Source of the DNA: Candidatus Puniceispirillales bacterium
GTDB lineage: Bacteria; Pseudomonadota; Alphaproteobacteria; Puniceispirillales; UBA1172
Length of the DNA stretch: 64,000 nt
Direction of reading: 5' to 3'
Assembly (NCBI GenBank): GCA_965660675.1
Contig: CBFIAU010000011.1
Location: 12,379 to 76,378, forward strand
Positions 38,617 to 47,153 of the stretch are shown here, in pieces. Both the position numbers and the translations under genes were made by a program. The notes beneath the pieces were generated by a model, which ran no database searches, was not told the origin of the DNA, and worked only from the letters and a program-made list of their open reading frames with translations. The stretch's first letter is position 1; every line of letters begins with the position of its first letter.

Positions 38617-39690
38617 TTAATTATTTTGCCCATTTATGACACCAATAACCGCATCAGTGACATCACGTGTTGTCGCCTTGCCACCAACATCCGGGGTTAA
38701 AATGCCTTCACCGCAAACCTGTTCTACGGCGGCCATGAGCATTTGTGCCGCCTTGGCTTGCCCTAAATGATCCAGCATCAATGCCGCTGTCCAAAACGTC
38801 GCCACCGGATTAGCAATGCCTTTGCCAGTAATATCAAAGGCTGATCCGTGAATAGGCTCAAACATAGATGGATAGCGGCCTTCGGGATCAATGTTGGCGG
38901 TTGGGGCAACGCCGATACTGCCAGCCAATGCCCCCGCTAAATCAGACAAGATATCAGCGTGTAAGTTGGTTGCGACAATCGTATCAAGGCTTTGCGGGTC
39001 AAGCGTCATCCGCACCGTCATCGCATCAACCAGCATCTTATCCCATGTGACATCAGGAAAATCGGCGGCGACTTCGGCAGCGATATCATCCCACATCACC
39101 ATACCATGACGTTGAGCATTTGATTTCGTCACAACAGTCAGCATCTTGCGGGGACGTGCCGCCGCCATTTGAAACGCATATTGCATAATGCGTCTGACGC
39201 CATTACGGGTAAACACCGATACCTCTGTTGCGACTTCTTCCGCCAGCCCCTGATGAACACGGCCGCCACTTCCTGAATATTCCCCTTCGGAGTTCTCGCG
39301 GATGATCATCCAGTCCAGATCACCTTGATCAACATCACGCAATGGTGATTTTATGCCCGCCAAGACACGAGTTGGACGAATATTAGCGTATTGATCAAAG
39401 CCTTGACATATCGGCAGACGTAACCCCCATAAGGTAATATGATCAGGAACATCAGGTGCCCCAACCGCACCAAAGAATATCGCATCAAATGGCTTGAGCT
39501 GATCACGGCCATCTGTTGGCATCATCTGGCCATGGCGTTTATAATAATCTGATCCCCAGTCAAAGGTCTTAACATTAAACGAAAATTGCCCATCACGACG
39601 GGCAACAGCCTCTAATACTTCTAGTCCAGCATCAATCACTTCGGGGCCGATTCCATCGGCAGGTATAGCAGCAATATGATATGTTTTCAT
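38617..39690 (-). CDS. Tartrate dehydrogenase/decarboxylase-like (D-malate / isopropylmalate dehydrogenase family)
   Basis: MKTYHIAAIPADGIGPEVIDAG..., IRENSEGEYSG, NLHADILSDLAGALAGSIG. Confidence 0.82.
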   Translation of the reverse strand: MKTYHIAAIPADGIGPEVIDAGLEVLEAVARRDGQFSFNVKTFDWGSDYYKRHGQMMPTDGRDQLKPFDAIFFGAVGAPDVPDHITLWGLRLPICQGFDQYANIRPTRVLAGIKSPLRDVDQGDLDWMIIRENSEGEYSGSGGRVHQGLAEEVATEVSVFTRNGVRRIMQYAFQMAAARPRKMLTVVTKSNAQRHGMVMWDDIAAEVAADFPDVTWDKMLVDAMTVRMTLDPQSLDTIVATNLHADILSDLAGALAGSIGVAPTANIDPEGRYPSMFEPIHGSAFDITGKGIANPVATFWTAALMLDHLGQAKAAQMLMAAVEQVCGEGILTPDVGGKATTRDVTDAVIGVINGQNN

Positions 39691-39715
39691 TGTTCTTTCC
39701 TAATTTTCTTGTTGT

Positions 39716-40534
39716 CTAAAGATGATCAATAAATTGAATAATATGGTCAGCAACTCTGTCACCAGCCTCTAGTAATAAAGAATGTTTCAGTTCTGGCAAG
39801 ATCACTAATTCAGAATTGGGAATGGCGGTCGCGATTCGCTGATTAAGGCGGGGGTTACAGCCGCCATCATTTTCCCCGGTCAAGACCAATGATGGCACCG
39901 CTATCTCCGCCAGCCATGGTGCTATTTCTGTTCCAGCATAAATCCGAAATACATTGAGAAAGATATCAGGGTCAGTGGCTATCACCTGTTTCAGCCGTGC
40001 TTGCACAACATCAGAATGAGCCGCTATAAACGCATCCGAAAACCAGCGATCAGATAATGTTTCCAGCACTTGCGGTATGCCTTTTTCTTCCATCGCTTTG
40101 ACAACTGCCCAGACATTTTGGCTATCTTGCTCTGTCCGAAACGCCGCCGTTGATAACAGCCCTAGCGATAACACCCTGTCCGGATAAGCCCGCGCATAGG
40201 CAGGGCCAATCATGCCGCCAAGGGAATGCCCGGCAACATGCATCGCATTAATTCCAGCGGCAATGCGTACGGCCTCAAGATCAAGCACCAGATGATCAAG
40301 ATCAAACACCCCATCACCAGCAGGTGAGTCGCCATGGCCGCGCAAATCATATGTGATGACGGTAAATCGCGCCGTCAGTATCGGCATTAATTTCGCCCAA
40401 GCGTTGCGTGCCGCACCAATGCCGTGGATGAGCAATAGCGGCTCTCCTGAACCGGCCTCTGACCACGCGCAAGATACAGCCGCCAGCTTCGCTGGTTTAG
40501 ATGACTGGCTAGTTATCACTATGATTTCTTTCAT
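39716..40534 (-). CDS. Alpha/beta hydrolase (3-oxoadipate enol-lactonase-like)
   Basis: LLLIHGIG, nucleophile elbow GHSLGG, C-terminal His region KHSLLLE. Confidence 0.8.
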   Translation of the reverse strand: MKEIIVITSQSSKPAKLAAVSCAWSEAGSGEPLLLIHGIGAARNAWAKLMPILTARFTVITYDLRGHGDSPAGDGVFDLDHLVLDLEAVRIAAGINAMHVAGHSLGGMIGPAYARAYPDRVLSLGLLSTAAFRTEQDSQNVWAVVKAMEEKGIPQVLETLSDRWFSDAFIAAHSDVVQARLKQVIATDPDIFLNVFRIYAGTEIAPWLAEIAVPSLVLTGENDGGCNPRLNQRIATAIPNSELVILPELKHSLLLEAGDRVADHIIQFIDHL

Positions 40535-40607
40535 TGATCCCTGCTGTTATGCCCTATCATTATCCCCTATCAGGGCTTAATTTATGCTTTAATAGCTATC
40601 GGGGCAG

Positions 40608-40802
40608 TTAATCAGGCTGGCTATCAGCAAAGGCGATGCCGGCCTTTCCCCAATCCTGCTTATCAACATCAACAAGCACAACGTCAACAACCTCAGGCTT
40701 GGCTCCAGTAGCGCGACAAAAGCCATCAGTAAGCTCTTTTATGATCGCGCGGCGTGTATCACGGTCGCGGCCTTTGAACATTTCGACACGAATAATAGGC
40801 AT
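40608..40802 (-). CDS. 4-oxalocrotonate tautomerase family protein (64 aa)
   Basis: The track ORF (111 aa) was trimmed to ATG 40802, preceded by TAGGGAGAT. The product starts MPIIRVEMFKGR, with Pro1 after Met removal, the hallmark of 4-OT. Confidence 0.8.
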   Translation of the reverse strand: MPIIRVEMFKGRDRDTRRAIIKELTDGFCRATGAKPEVVDVVLVDVDKQDWGKAGIAFADSQPD

Positions 40803-40812
40803 TGATATCTCC

Positions 40813-41859
40813 CTATATGGCTTGCGATTGAGGGTATGTGGATGTGGTAAAATACGGCATGACGTCTTCGGCAAAGGCTTGCAACGCATCAAGAGTTTCA
40901 TTGGCGGCAAGCCCAAAATTAGGATTGATAATAACCCGATCAATCCCTAATTCTGCATAAGGCGCAAGTTTGTCTATAACCTCTTGCGGGGTGCCGATTA
41001 GCAAACTTTCCGCCAGCTCATCTTTTGGTGTTCGTGACGGCATCGGCGTAATCATACCGTGATCAACATGTCCAGGCCCCAGAAAAATATTATCAAAGCG
41101 GCCATAATAATGATGCGCGGCAGCAATCTTTCGCTGTTTTTCCGATTCGTTTTTAGCGATATGGCCAACCCGAGATAAGGTTAAAGTTGGCATATCATGT
41201 GATGGTTTACATTCGGCTTTACCCCGATTAAAGGCATCAACCTGATCGACCAGCAACTGATGATTGCCTGATAAAGGCGTTGTCTGAATATGAAAGCCTT
41301 TTTTGGTGCAGCTATAAATGCCTTCAGGATTAAGCACCGCCATCATAATCGGCGGCCCCCCTGAACGGACTGGCCTTGGCATAATGGTGAGAGGATCAAA
41401 CTGATACCATTTGCCATCCCATGAGACTTCTTCTTCGGTCAACAGCGCTTGCAACACCGCCAGCGATTCATCAAATCGCTCACGTGTTTCGTCCATAGGT
41501 ACACCCATCCTTTCCATCTCATAAGGAAAAGCCCCTCGACCAAGGCCAAGCATCAATCGGCCTTCGCAAAAAATATCTGCAACAACAACCTCACCAGCAT
41601 AAACCCGCATATCATGAAGCGGCAGAACCACAACTGATGTCATGATCTTGATCCGTGAGGTCAGGCTGGCAATTTTTACAGCAAAAGTAAGCGGCGCTGG
41701 CATCATGAGACAATTGACCAGATGATGTTCGGTCACTGATACCGCCGCAAAGCCAAGCTGCTCAGCCAATTTGGCTTGATCAAGCATATCGCTGTAAACC
41801 TGATCACCACCATAGGATTTATCAGGGTAATCAGCGGAAAGTTGTATGCAGAAATCCAT
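40813..41859 (-). CDS. LLM-class (luciferase-like) flavin-dependent oxidoreductase/monooxygenase
   Basis: 348 aa. LGFAAVSVTEHH..., TIM-barrel LLM pattern, RLMLGLGRG. Confidence 0.8.
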   Translation of the reverse strand: MDFCIQLSADYPDKSYGGDQVYSDMLDQAKLAEQLGFAAVSVTEHHLVNCLMMPAPLTFAVKIASLTSRIKIMTSVVVLPLHDMRVYAGEVVVADIFCEGRLMLGLGRGAFPYEMERMGVPMDETRERFDESLAVLQALLTEEEVSWDGKWYQFDPLTIMPRPVRSGGPPIMMAVLNPEGIYSCTKKGFHIQTTPLSGNHQLLVDQVDAFNRGKAECKPSHDMPTLTLSRVGHIAKNESEKQRKIAAAHHYYGRFDNIFLGPGHVDHGMITPMPSRTPKDELAESLLIGTPQEVIDKLAPYAELGIDRVIINPNFGLAANETLDALQAFAEDVMPYFTTSTYPQSQAI

Positions 41860-41872
41860 TATAATATCCTTG

Positions 41873-41923
41873 TTCGTTCAAATAACCTGTTTGTTCAAAT
41901 AACCTGCTTGTTCAAATAATAAG
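41873..41923. repeat. 17-nt x3 tandem repeat 14-64 nt upstream of the LLM gene start
   Basis: TTCGTTCAAATAACCTG / TTTGTTCAAATAACCTG / CTTGTTCAAATAATAAG read directly. Confidence 0.9.
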
Positions 41924-42087
41924 TGACCTGATTTTATGACTGTTCTGTATATTCATACATGTAGGATAGGCATTAATGCTTTATCAAATCAATCATTAGA
42001 TAACTTTGATGCATGAAAATAGTGTTTTTTTAAGAAAAATGAATTACCATCACATAGCTATTCACTTCAGAGAAATCATTCTGTTCC

Positions 42088-42969
42088 ATGTCACATAATA
42101 AAGCTATTGCTATCATTCTATTAGGTGGCAGTTTTATGTCACTGGTTGGCCTTGTTATGCGGCTGATGGATGTTAATGATGGCATGATTATCCTGTTTTA
42201 TCGGTCGATCAGCCTTTCTGCTGTGGTCATGATGGTGGCCTGTTTACGGCGGCGGGAAAGCCCCGTTACATTTCTTATCAAATTGGATAAAACAGACCTA
42301 GCCATGGGCGCGGCATTATCATTAGCCTTCACGACCTATGTTTTTGCCATGCTCATGACATCCGTTGCGTCAACATTATTTATTCTGACCACTACCCCCT
42401 TTATGGCAGCTTTAATCGGTTGGATATGGATCAATGAAAGACCACATCCTTTCACTTGGATAGCCATGTTAGCGGCGCTGTTTGGGGTCGGGTTAATGCT
42501 CAGCGATGGCTTTGAGCTTGGCCGCACACAAGGCAATATAGTAGCGCTATTATCCGCATTCTTTTTTGCCGTCATGCTCGTATTGGCACGCCGAAGCCGC
42601 AAGGATGATGTTCTTGGCGGCACCTTTCTTGGCGGCATTATCGCCTTTGGCTTAGCTGGATTATCGGCGATCAGTTTTGGCAATGGGCTTAGCATCGGTG
42701 GCCAAGATTTACTGTTAGCATTATTTATGGGAGCCTTTACTATTGGTATAGGGATCGCGCTTGTCACGTGGGGCGCTCCCTATGTGCCAGCAGCAGAAGT
42801 TAGCCTTTTGGTATTAATCGAGTCTATTCTTGGGCCAATTTGGCCATGGCTATTTTTGGGTGAAGTCATGTCAACGCCAGAGATTATAGGCGGCGTTACC
42901 GTCATGGCGGCGGTGGCAGGACTGGCGCTTTTAGGATCAGAGAAGCCAGCACAGGCACATTATAACTAA
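42088..42969 (+). CDS. DMT superfamily (EamA-like) transporter
   Basis: 293 aa, 10 predicted TM segments. Divergent from the LLM operon. Confidence 0.7.
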   Translation: MSHNKAIAIILLGGSFMSLVGLVMRLMDVNDGMIILFYRSISLSAVVMMVACLRRRESPVTFLIKLDKTDLAMGAALSLAFTTYVFAMLMTSVASTLFILTTTPFMAALIGWIWINERPHPFTWIAMLAALFGVGLMLSDGFELGRTQGNIVALLSAFFFAVMLVLARRSRKDDVLGGTFLGGIIAFGLAGLSAISFGNGLSIGGQDLLLALFMGAFTIGIGIALVTWGAPYVPAAEVSLLVLIESILGPIWPWLFLGEVMSTPEIIGGVTVMAAVAGLALLGSEKPAQAHYN

Positions 42970-43035
42970 CCCCTTGTTTCTGAGCGGCTGACCACCTATG
43001 TCAAAACTGTCAGCTAAATCAAAATTGAGATATCC

Positions 43036-43974
43036 ATGTCTATTCGTCCTATAAAAATGTCAAGCCAAGCCAAGCCGCATATTGAAGGCGCAGGGGTGCA
43101 TTTGCACCGTGTTTTTGGGTTTGGCGAAACCGAACCCTTTGATCCGTTCTTGATGATGGATGATTTTCGCAACGATGATCCGGCACAATATCTTAATGGC
43201 TTCCCCTGGCACCCACATCGGGGCATTGAGACCATTACCTATGTGTTGAAGGGGAATGTTGAACATGGTGATAGTCTTGGCAATCGCGGCGTCCTCAGTG
43301 ATGGTGATGTCCAATGGATGACCGCAGGGTCAGGTATTATTCATCAAGAAATGCCAACCGGAAATGCCCAGGGGCAAATGCATGGATTTCAGCTATGGGC
43401 TAATTTGCCGAGCCATCAGAAAATGACAACACCGCGCTATCAAGATATCAAATCCCCTGATATTACCAGCCTGACTGATGATGATGGCACGCATATTCGC
43501 GTCATTGCTGGCGATTATCGGGGCTATCACGGGCCTGTTGATGGCATTGATACAAGCCCTGGCTATCTCGACATAACAGTACCAGCCAATACCACCAAAC
43601 GGTTTCCATTTGATACAAGGCGACAAGGCTTTGCCTATATCTTTGAAGGCAGTGCTAGTTTTGCTGATGCTTCGCAGCCTTTTGGTGTCAATGTCGAAAA
43701 AGAGTTTATGGGGGAGGAGCTAAAAATCCGTGACCAATCAGGCAATCGCACTCTGGTTGTCTTTGGTGAGGGTGATGAGGTTGTGGTTACATCAGGTGAG
43801 TTTGGCGTCAGATTTCTGCTGATATCTGGGGCGCCTCTACGCGAGCCTGTGGCATGGCATGGGCCGATTGTTATGAATACGCGGGATGAGCTGGTTGAGG
43901 CTTTTCAAGAGCTTAATAACGGCAAGTTCATCAAAGAAGGTGCCGAAGACTGGATTGGCAAAACGCGCAAATAA
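43036..43974 (+). CDS. Pirin family protein
   Basis: GFPWHPHRGIETITYVLKGNVEHGDSLGN (cupin metal-binding His/Glu). Confidence 0.9.
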   Translation: MSIRPIKMSSQAKPHIEGAGVHLHRVFGFGETEPFDPFLMMDDFRNDDPAQYLNGFPWHPHRGIETITYVLKGNVEHGDSLGNRGVLSDGDVQWMTAGSGIIHQEMPTGNAQGQMHGFQLWANLPSHQKMTTPRYQDIKSPDITSLTDDDGTHIRVIAGDYRGYHGPVDGIDTSPGYLDITVPANTTKRFPFDTRRQGFAYIFEGSASFADASQPFGVNVEKEFMGEELKIRDQSGNRTLVVFGEGDEVVVTSGEFGVRFLLISGAPLREPVAWHGPIVMNTRDELVEAFQELNNGKFIKEGAEDWIGKTRK

Positions 43975-45006
43975 TCACCTTAACAGCCTTATATAAATCG
44001 CCGAATATACAATCAGAAAAATCACCACCGCCAGAGCGCAGATATGGCTGGATTGATAATAGCTAAATCCAATTAGCACCGGCAGAGCCGACATAGGCAG
44101 GATGATCGCCGTAGCACATGGATTTGACCATGATCGCGGTATCCTGCCCTTCGATGCAATTTCTATACGGCGCATCAAAACGTGATGAAAATGCATCATA
44201 TCTGGTCTTGTTGCGTCTGATTTTTTGTATATGCGGCGGAATATAGAATGAAGCATATCCATGGCTGGCCAGAAGACAATGAGCAAAATTGCCCATGCGG
44301 ATACCTCTGGATGGCGTGCCTTTAATGCAATCAGGGATATGGCAATTAAAAATCCTAGAGAATAGGCGCCCGCATCTCCCATAAAAATCCGGCCAGTCGG
44401 ATAATTGAGCATGAAAAATCCTAATACGGCCGAAAATATCAGCGTATTAAGAACAGCAATATTGGGCTCAGATACTTGATGGCTTAGGGCAATAATCGCC
44501 GCCGACATGATCAGTGTTTTGCCTGAGGCCAGACCATTAATCCCATCAATCATATTGATAGAATTGATCAATGTAACAATCGCCAGAATGGTGAACGCAA
44601 TGCCAATAACGGGATAGCTTAACAGCGTATTCACATACGGAAAATTAATCTCAGTTAACCAAATACCTGTAAAAAAGATGAATATCCCTGCTGATATTAC
44701 CCCCAGACATAAGCGCAAATAGGGATGAATAGGGCGATGCACATCTTCACATATTCCAGCAATAAAAATAGGTAACAGCGCAAGCAACAACTCCCATTTA
44801 ACAGGTATCACAACCATAAATAACCCTGCAAAAATCGCAATAATAATGGCTAACCCGCCTAAGCGTGGGGTAGCGATTTTATGCGCGGCGCGTTTTTCTG
44901 ACAGATGATGATCAGGCCTATCAAAGCGCCGTGATATGGCAACAATGACTATTGATATGAGAAAGCTCATTACAAGCGTTAACATAAATGGATTTGGTAT
45001 ATTCAT
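43975..45006 (-). CDS. Glycosyltransferase family 4 (MraY/WecA-like polyprenyl-phosphate sugar-1-phosphate transferase)
   Basis: NSINMIDGINGLASG, FMGDAGAYSLGF, multiple TM segments. Visibly more AT-rich than its neighbours. Confidence 0.82.
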   Translation of the reverse strand: MNIPNPFMLTLVMSFLISIVIVAISRRFDRPDHHLSEKRAAHKIATPRLGGLAIIIAIFAGLFMVVIPVKWELLLALLPIFIAGICEDVHRPIHPYLRLCLGVISAGIFIFFTGIWLTEINFPYVNTLLSYPVIGIAFTILAIVTLINSINMIDGINGLASGKTLIMSAAIIALSHQVSEPNIAVLNTLIFSAVLGFFMLNYPTGRIFMGDAGAYSLGFLIAISLIALKARHPEVSAWAILLIVFWPAMDMLHSIFRRIYKKSDATRPDMMHFHHVLMRRIEIASKGRIPRSWSNPCATAIILPMSALPVLIGFSYYQSSHICALAVVIFLIVYSAIYIRLLR

Positions 45007-45150
45007 ATTTTGTTACCAGTTTCTTAGAACAGATTTAAGATATCATACTCCGTTATCGGCATGTGATAAATTTTTGGTGACTAAATGATCATGAAATAAT
45101 TACCCCGTCATGATCTATACGCTATCTCTTGTTTCTGATAGGTTCAGATC

Positions 45151-46170
45151 ATGATGTCATCTGCTCCTATCGTTGTTACTGGTGTCGCTGGATTTATAGG
45201 CTTTCATCTGACCAAGCGGCTGCTTCAAGATGGCCATAAGGTTGTGGGTGTTGATAGCCTGACCAGCTATTACAGCACAAAGCTCAAAGAAGACCGTTTA
45301 GCCCAGATAACGGATCAGCAATTCCAGTTCCTGCATCTTGATCTGGCTGATCAGGATGCTGTGTTTTCCTGTTTTGATCAAGCCAAGCCAAACACCGTGG
45401 TCCATTTAGCCGCCCAGGCTGGCGTTCGCTATTCTATCGAAAACCCTGCCGCCTATATGGACAGCAATATGACAGGGTTTTTCCATATTCTTGAAGCCTG
45501 CCGCCAGCATCAGATTGAGCATCTGGTCTATGCTTCCTCATCATCGGTATATGGCGCATCAACCGATTATCCGTTTTCTGAAAATCAACCTGTTAATCAT
45601 CCGGTCAGTTTTTATGCCGCGACCAAAAAAGCCAATGAAGCCATGGCACATTCTTATGCTCATCTTTATGGCTTGCCGTGTACAGGATTGCGGTTTTTTA
45701 CCGTTTATGGCCCATGGGGGCGGCCAGATATGGCGTTATGGACGTTCAGCGACCGTATCATGAAAGGTGAGCCTATCCATGTCTATGGTGAAGGCGAGAT
45801 GAGCCGTGATTTCACCTATATTGATGATATTATTGACGGCATGATCCGGTTGCTCCCGCTAGCACCAAAACCGAACCCTGATTGGGATAGCGCCAAACAG
45901 CATCAGGCAACAAGCTCAGCCCCTTGGCGCATCCTCAATATTGGCAATAATAACCCAACCGGGTTGGAGCATTTTATTGCTGTTCTGGAAGATGCTATCG
46001 GCATCAAAGCGATCAAAGAATATCTGCCTATGCAGGATGGTGATGTTCGCCGCACTGCCGCCGATATCAGCGCCATTCATCAGCTAACCGGATTTACGCC
46101 AGCAACCAATATCGAAACAGGAATACCAAAATTTGTTGAATGGTATCGCCGCTGGCATGGAAATTCGTAA
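45151..46170 (+). CDS. NAD-dependent sugar-nucleotide epimerase (UDP-glucuronate 4-epimerase-like SDR)
   Basis: VTGVAGFIGFHL, ASSSSVYG, YAATKKANE (YxxxK). Confidence 0.82.
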   Translation: MMSSAPIVVTGVAGFIGFHLTKRLLQDGHKVVGVDSLTSYYSTKLKEDRLAQITDQQFQFLHLDLADQDAVFSCFDQAKPNTVVHLAAQAGVRYSIENPAAYMDSNMTGFFHILEACRQHQIEHLVYASSSSVYGASTDYPFSENQPVNHPVSFYAATKKANEAMAHSYAHLYGLPCTGLRFFTVYGPWGRPDMALWTFSDRIMKGEPIHVYGEGEMSRDFTYIDDIIDGMIRLLPLAPKPNPDWDSAKQHQATSSAPWRILNIGNNNPTGLEHFIAVLEDAIGIKAIKEYLPMQDGDVRRTAADISAIHQLTGFTPATNIETGIPKFVEWYRRWHGNS

Positions 46171-46247
46171 TTAATCCGTCTGATGATTGCAACATGCGGC
46201 AAAATTAGTGTATGAGGGTAAGTGCAATTAATTGATCGGGACAGCTT

Positions 46248-47153
46248 ATGTCAGCCACAATCACAAAGGCTATTTTTCCTGTTGGCGGACTTGGTACACG
46301 CTTCTTGCCAGCAACAAAATCCATGCCTAAGGAAATGCTGCCAATCGTTGATAAACCGCTCATCCAATATGCAGTCGAGGAAGCAGCGGAAGCCGGTATT
46401 ACAGAGTTTATTTTTGTTACTGGACGCGGCAAGGCAGCAATAGAAGATCATTTTGATCACTCAACCGAAATTGAAGATATATTAAAACAGCGCGGTAAAG
46501 AGAACGGTCTTGAAGCTGTTCGTGCGATGATGAAAACGCCAGGATCAGTGGCCTATATTCGTCAGCAAGAGCCAGCAGGTCTTGGCCATGCCATCTGGTG
46601 CGCGCGCCATTATATCAATGATGAACCTGTTGCTGTGTTACTCGCTGATGATCTGATCAAGCCTGCGGCTGGCGGCAGTGGGTGCCTTAAGCAAATGGTT
46701 GAGGCATGGCAAGATCGAGGCGGTAACATGGTGGCGGCAATGGAAGTGCCAAAACAACAAACCTCATCATATGGTATTATCACGCCCGGAGCTTCTTTTG
46801 AGGTGTCACATAACGCATCAGATGGCATCTTGACCGAAGTCAAAGGATTAGTTGAAAAACCCGAACCTGCTGACGCGCCATCAAGACTTGCTATTGTTGG
46901 CCGTTATATTCTTGAGCCTGGGGTGTTTGATGAACTCGAAAAGATGGAGCGCGGCGCCGGTGGTGAGATACAAATCACCGACTCACTGGCTCGCCGCATT
47001 GGCCATGCGCCTTTCTTCAGTCATCAATTCACCGGCACGCGGTTCGATTGCGGGTCTAAATTAGGCTTCCTGCAAGCTAATATTTCCTATGCGTTATCAC
47101 GCCCTGATCTCGCGGGTGACCTTGAGACTTGGCTTAAAGGTGTTGATCTGTGA
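46248..47153 (+). CDS. galU: UTP--glucose-1-phosphate uridylyltransferase
   Basis: KAIFPVGGLGTRFLPATKSMPKEMLPIVDKPLIQYAVEEA. Confidence 0.93.
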   Translation: MSATITKAIFPVGGLGTRFLPATKSMPKEMLPIVDKPLIQYAVEEAAEAGITEFIFVTGRGKAAIEDHFDHSTEIEDILKQRGKENGLEAVRAMMKTPGSVAYIRQQEPAGLGHAIWCARHYINDEPVAVLLADDLIKPAAGGSGCLKQMVEAWQDRGGNMVAAMEVPKQQTSSYGIITPGASFEVSHNASDGILTEVKGLVEKPEPADAPSRLAIVGRYILEPGVFDELEKMERGAGGEIQITDSLARRIGHAPFFSHQFTGTRFDCGSKLGFLQANISYALSRPDLAGDLETWLKGVDL

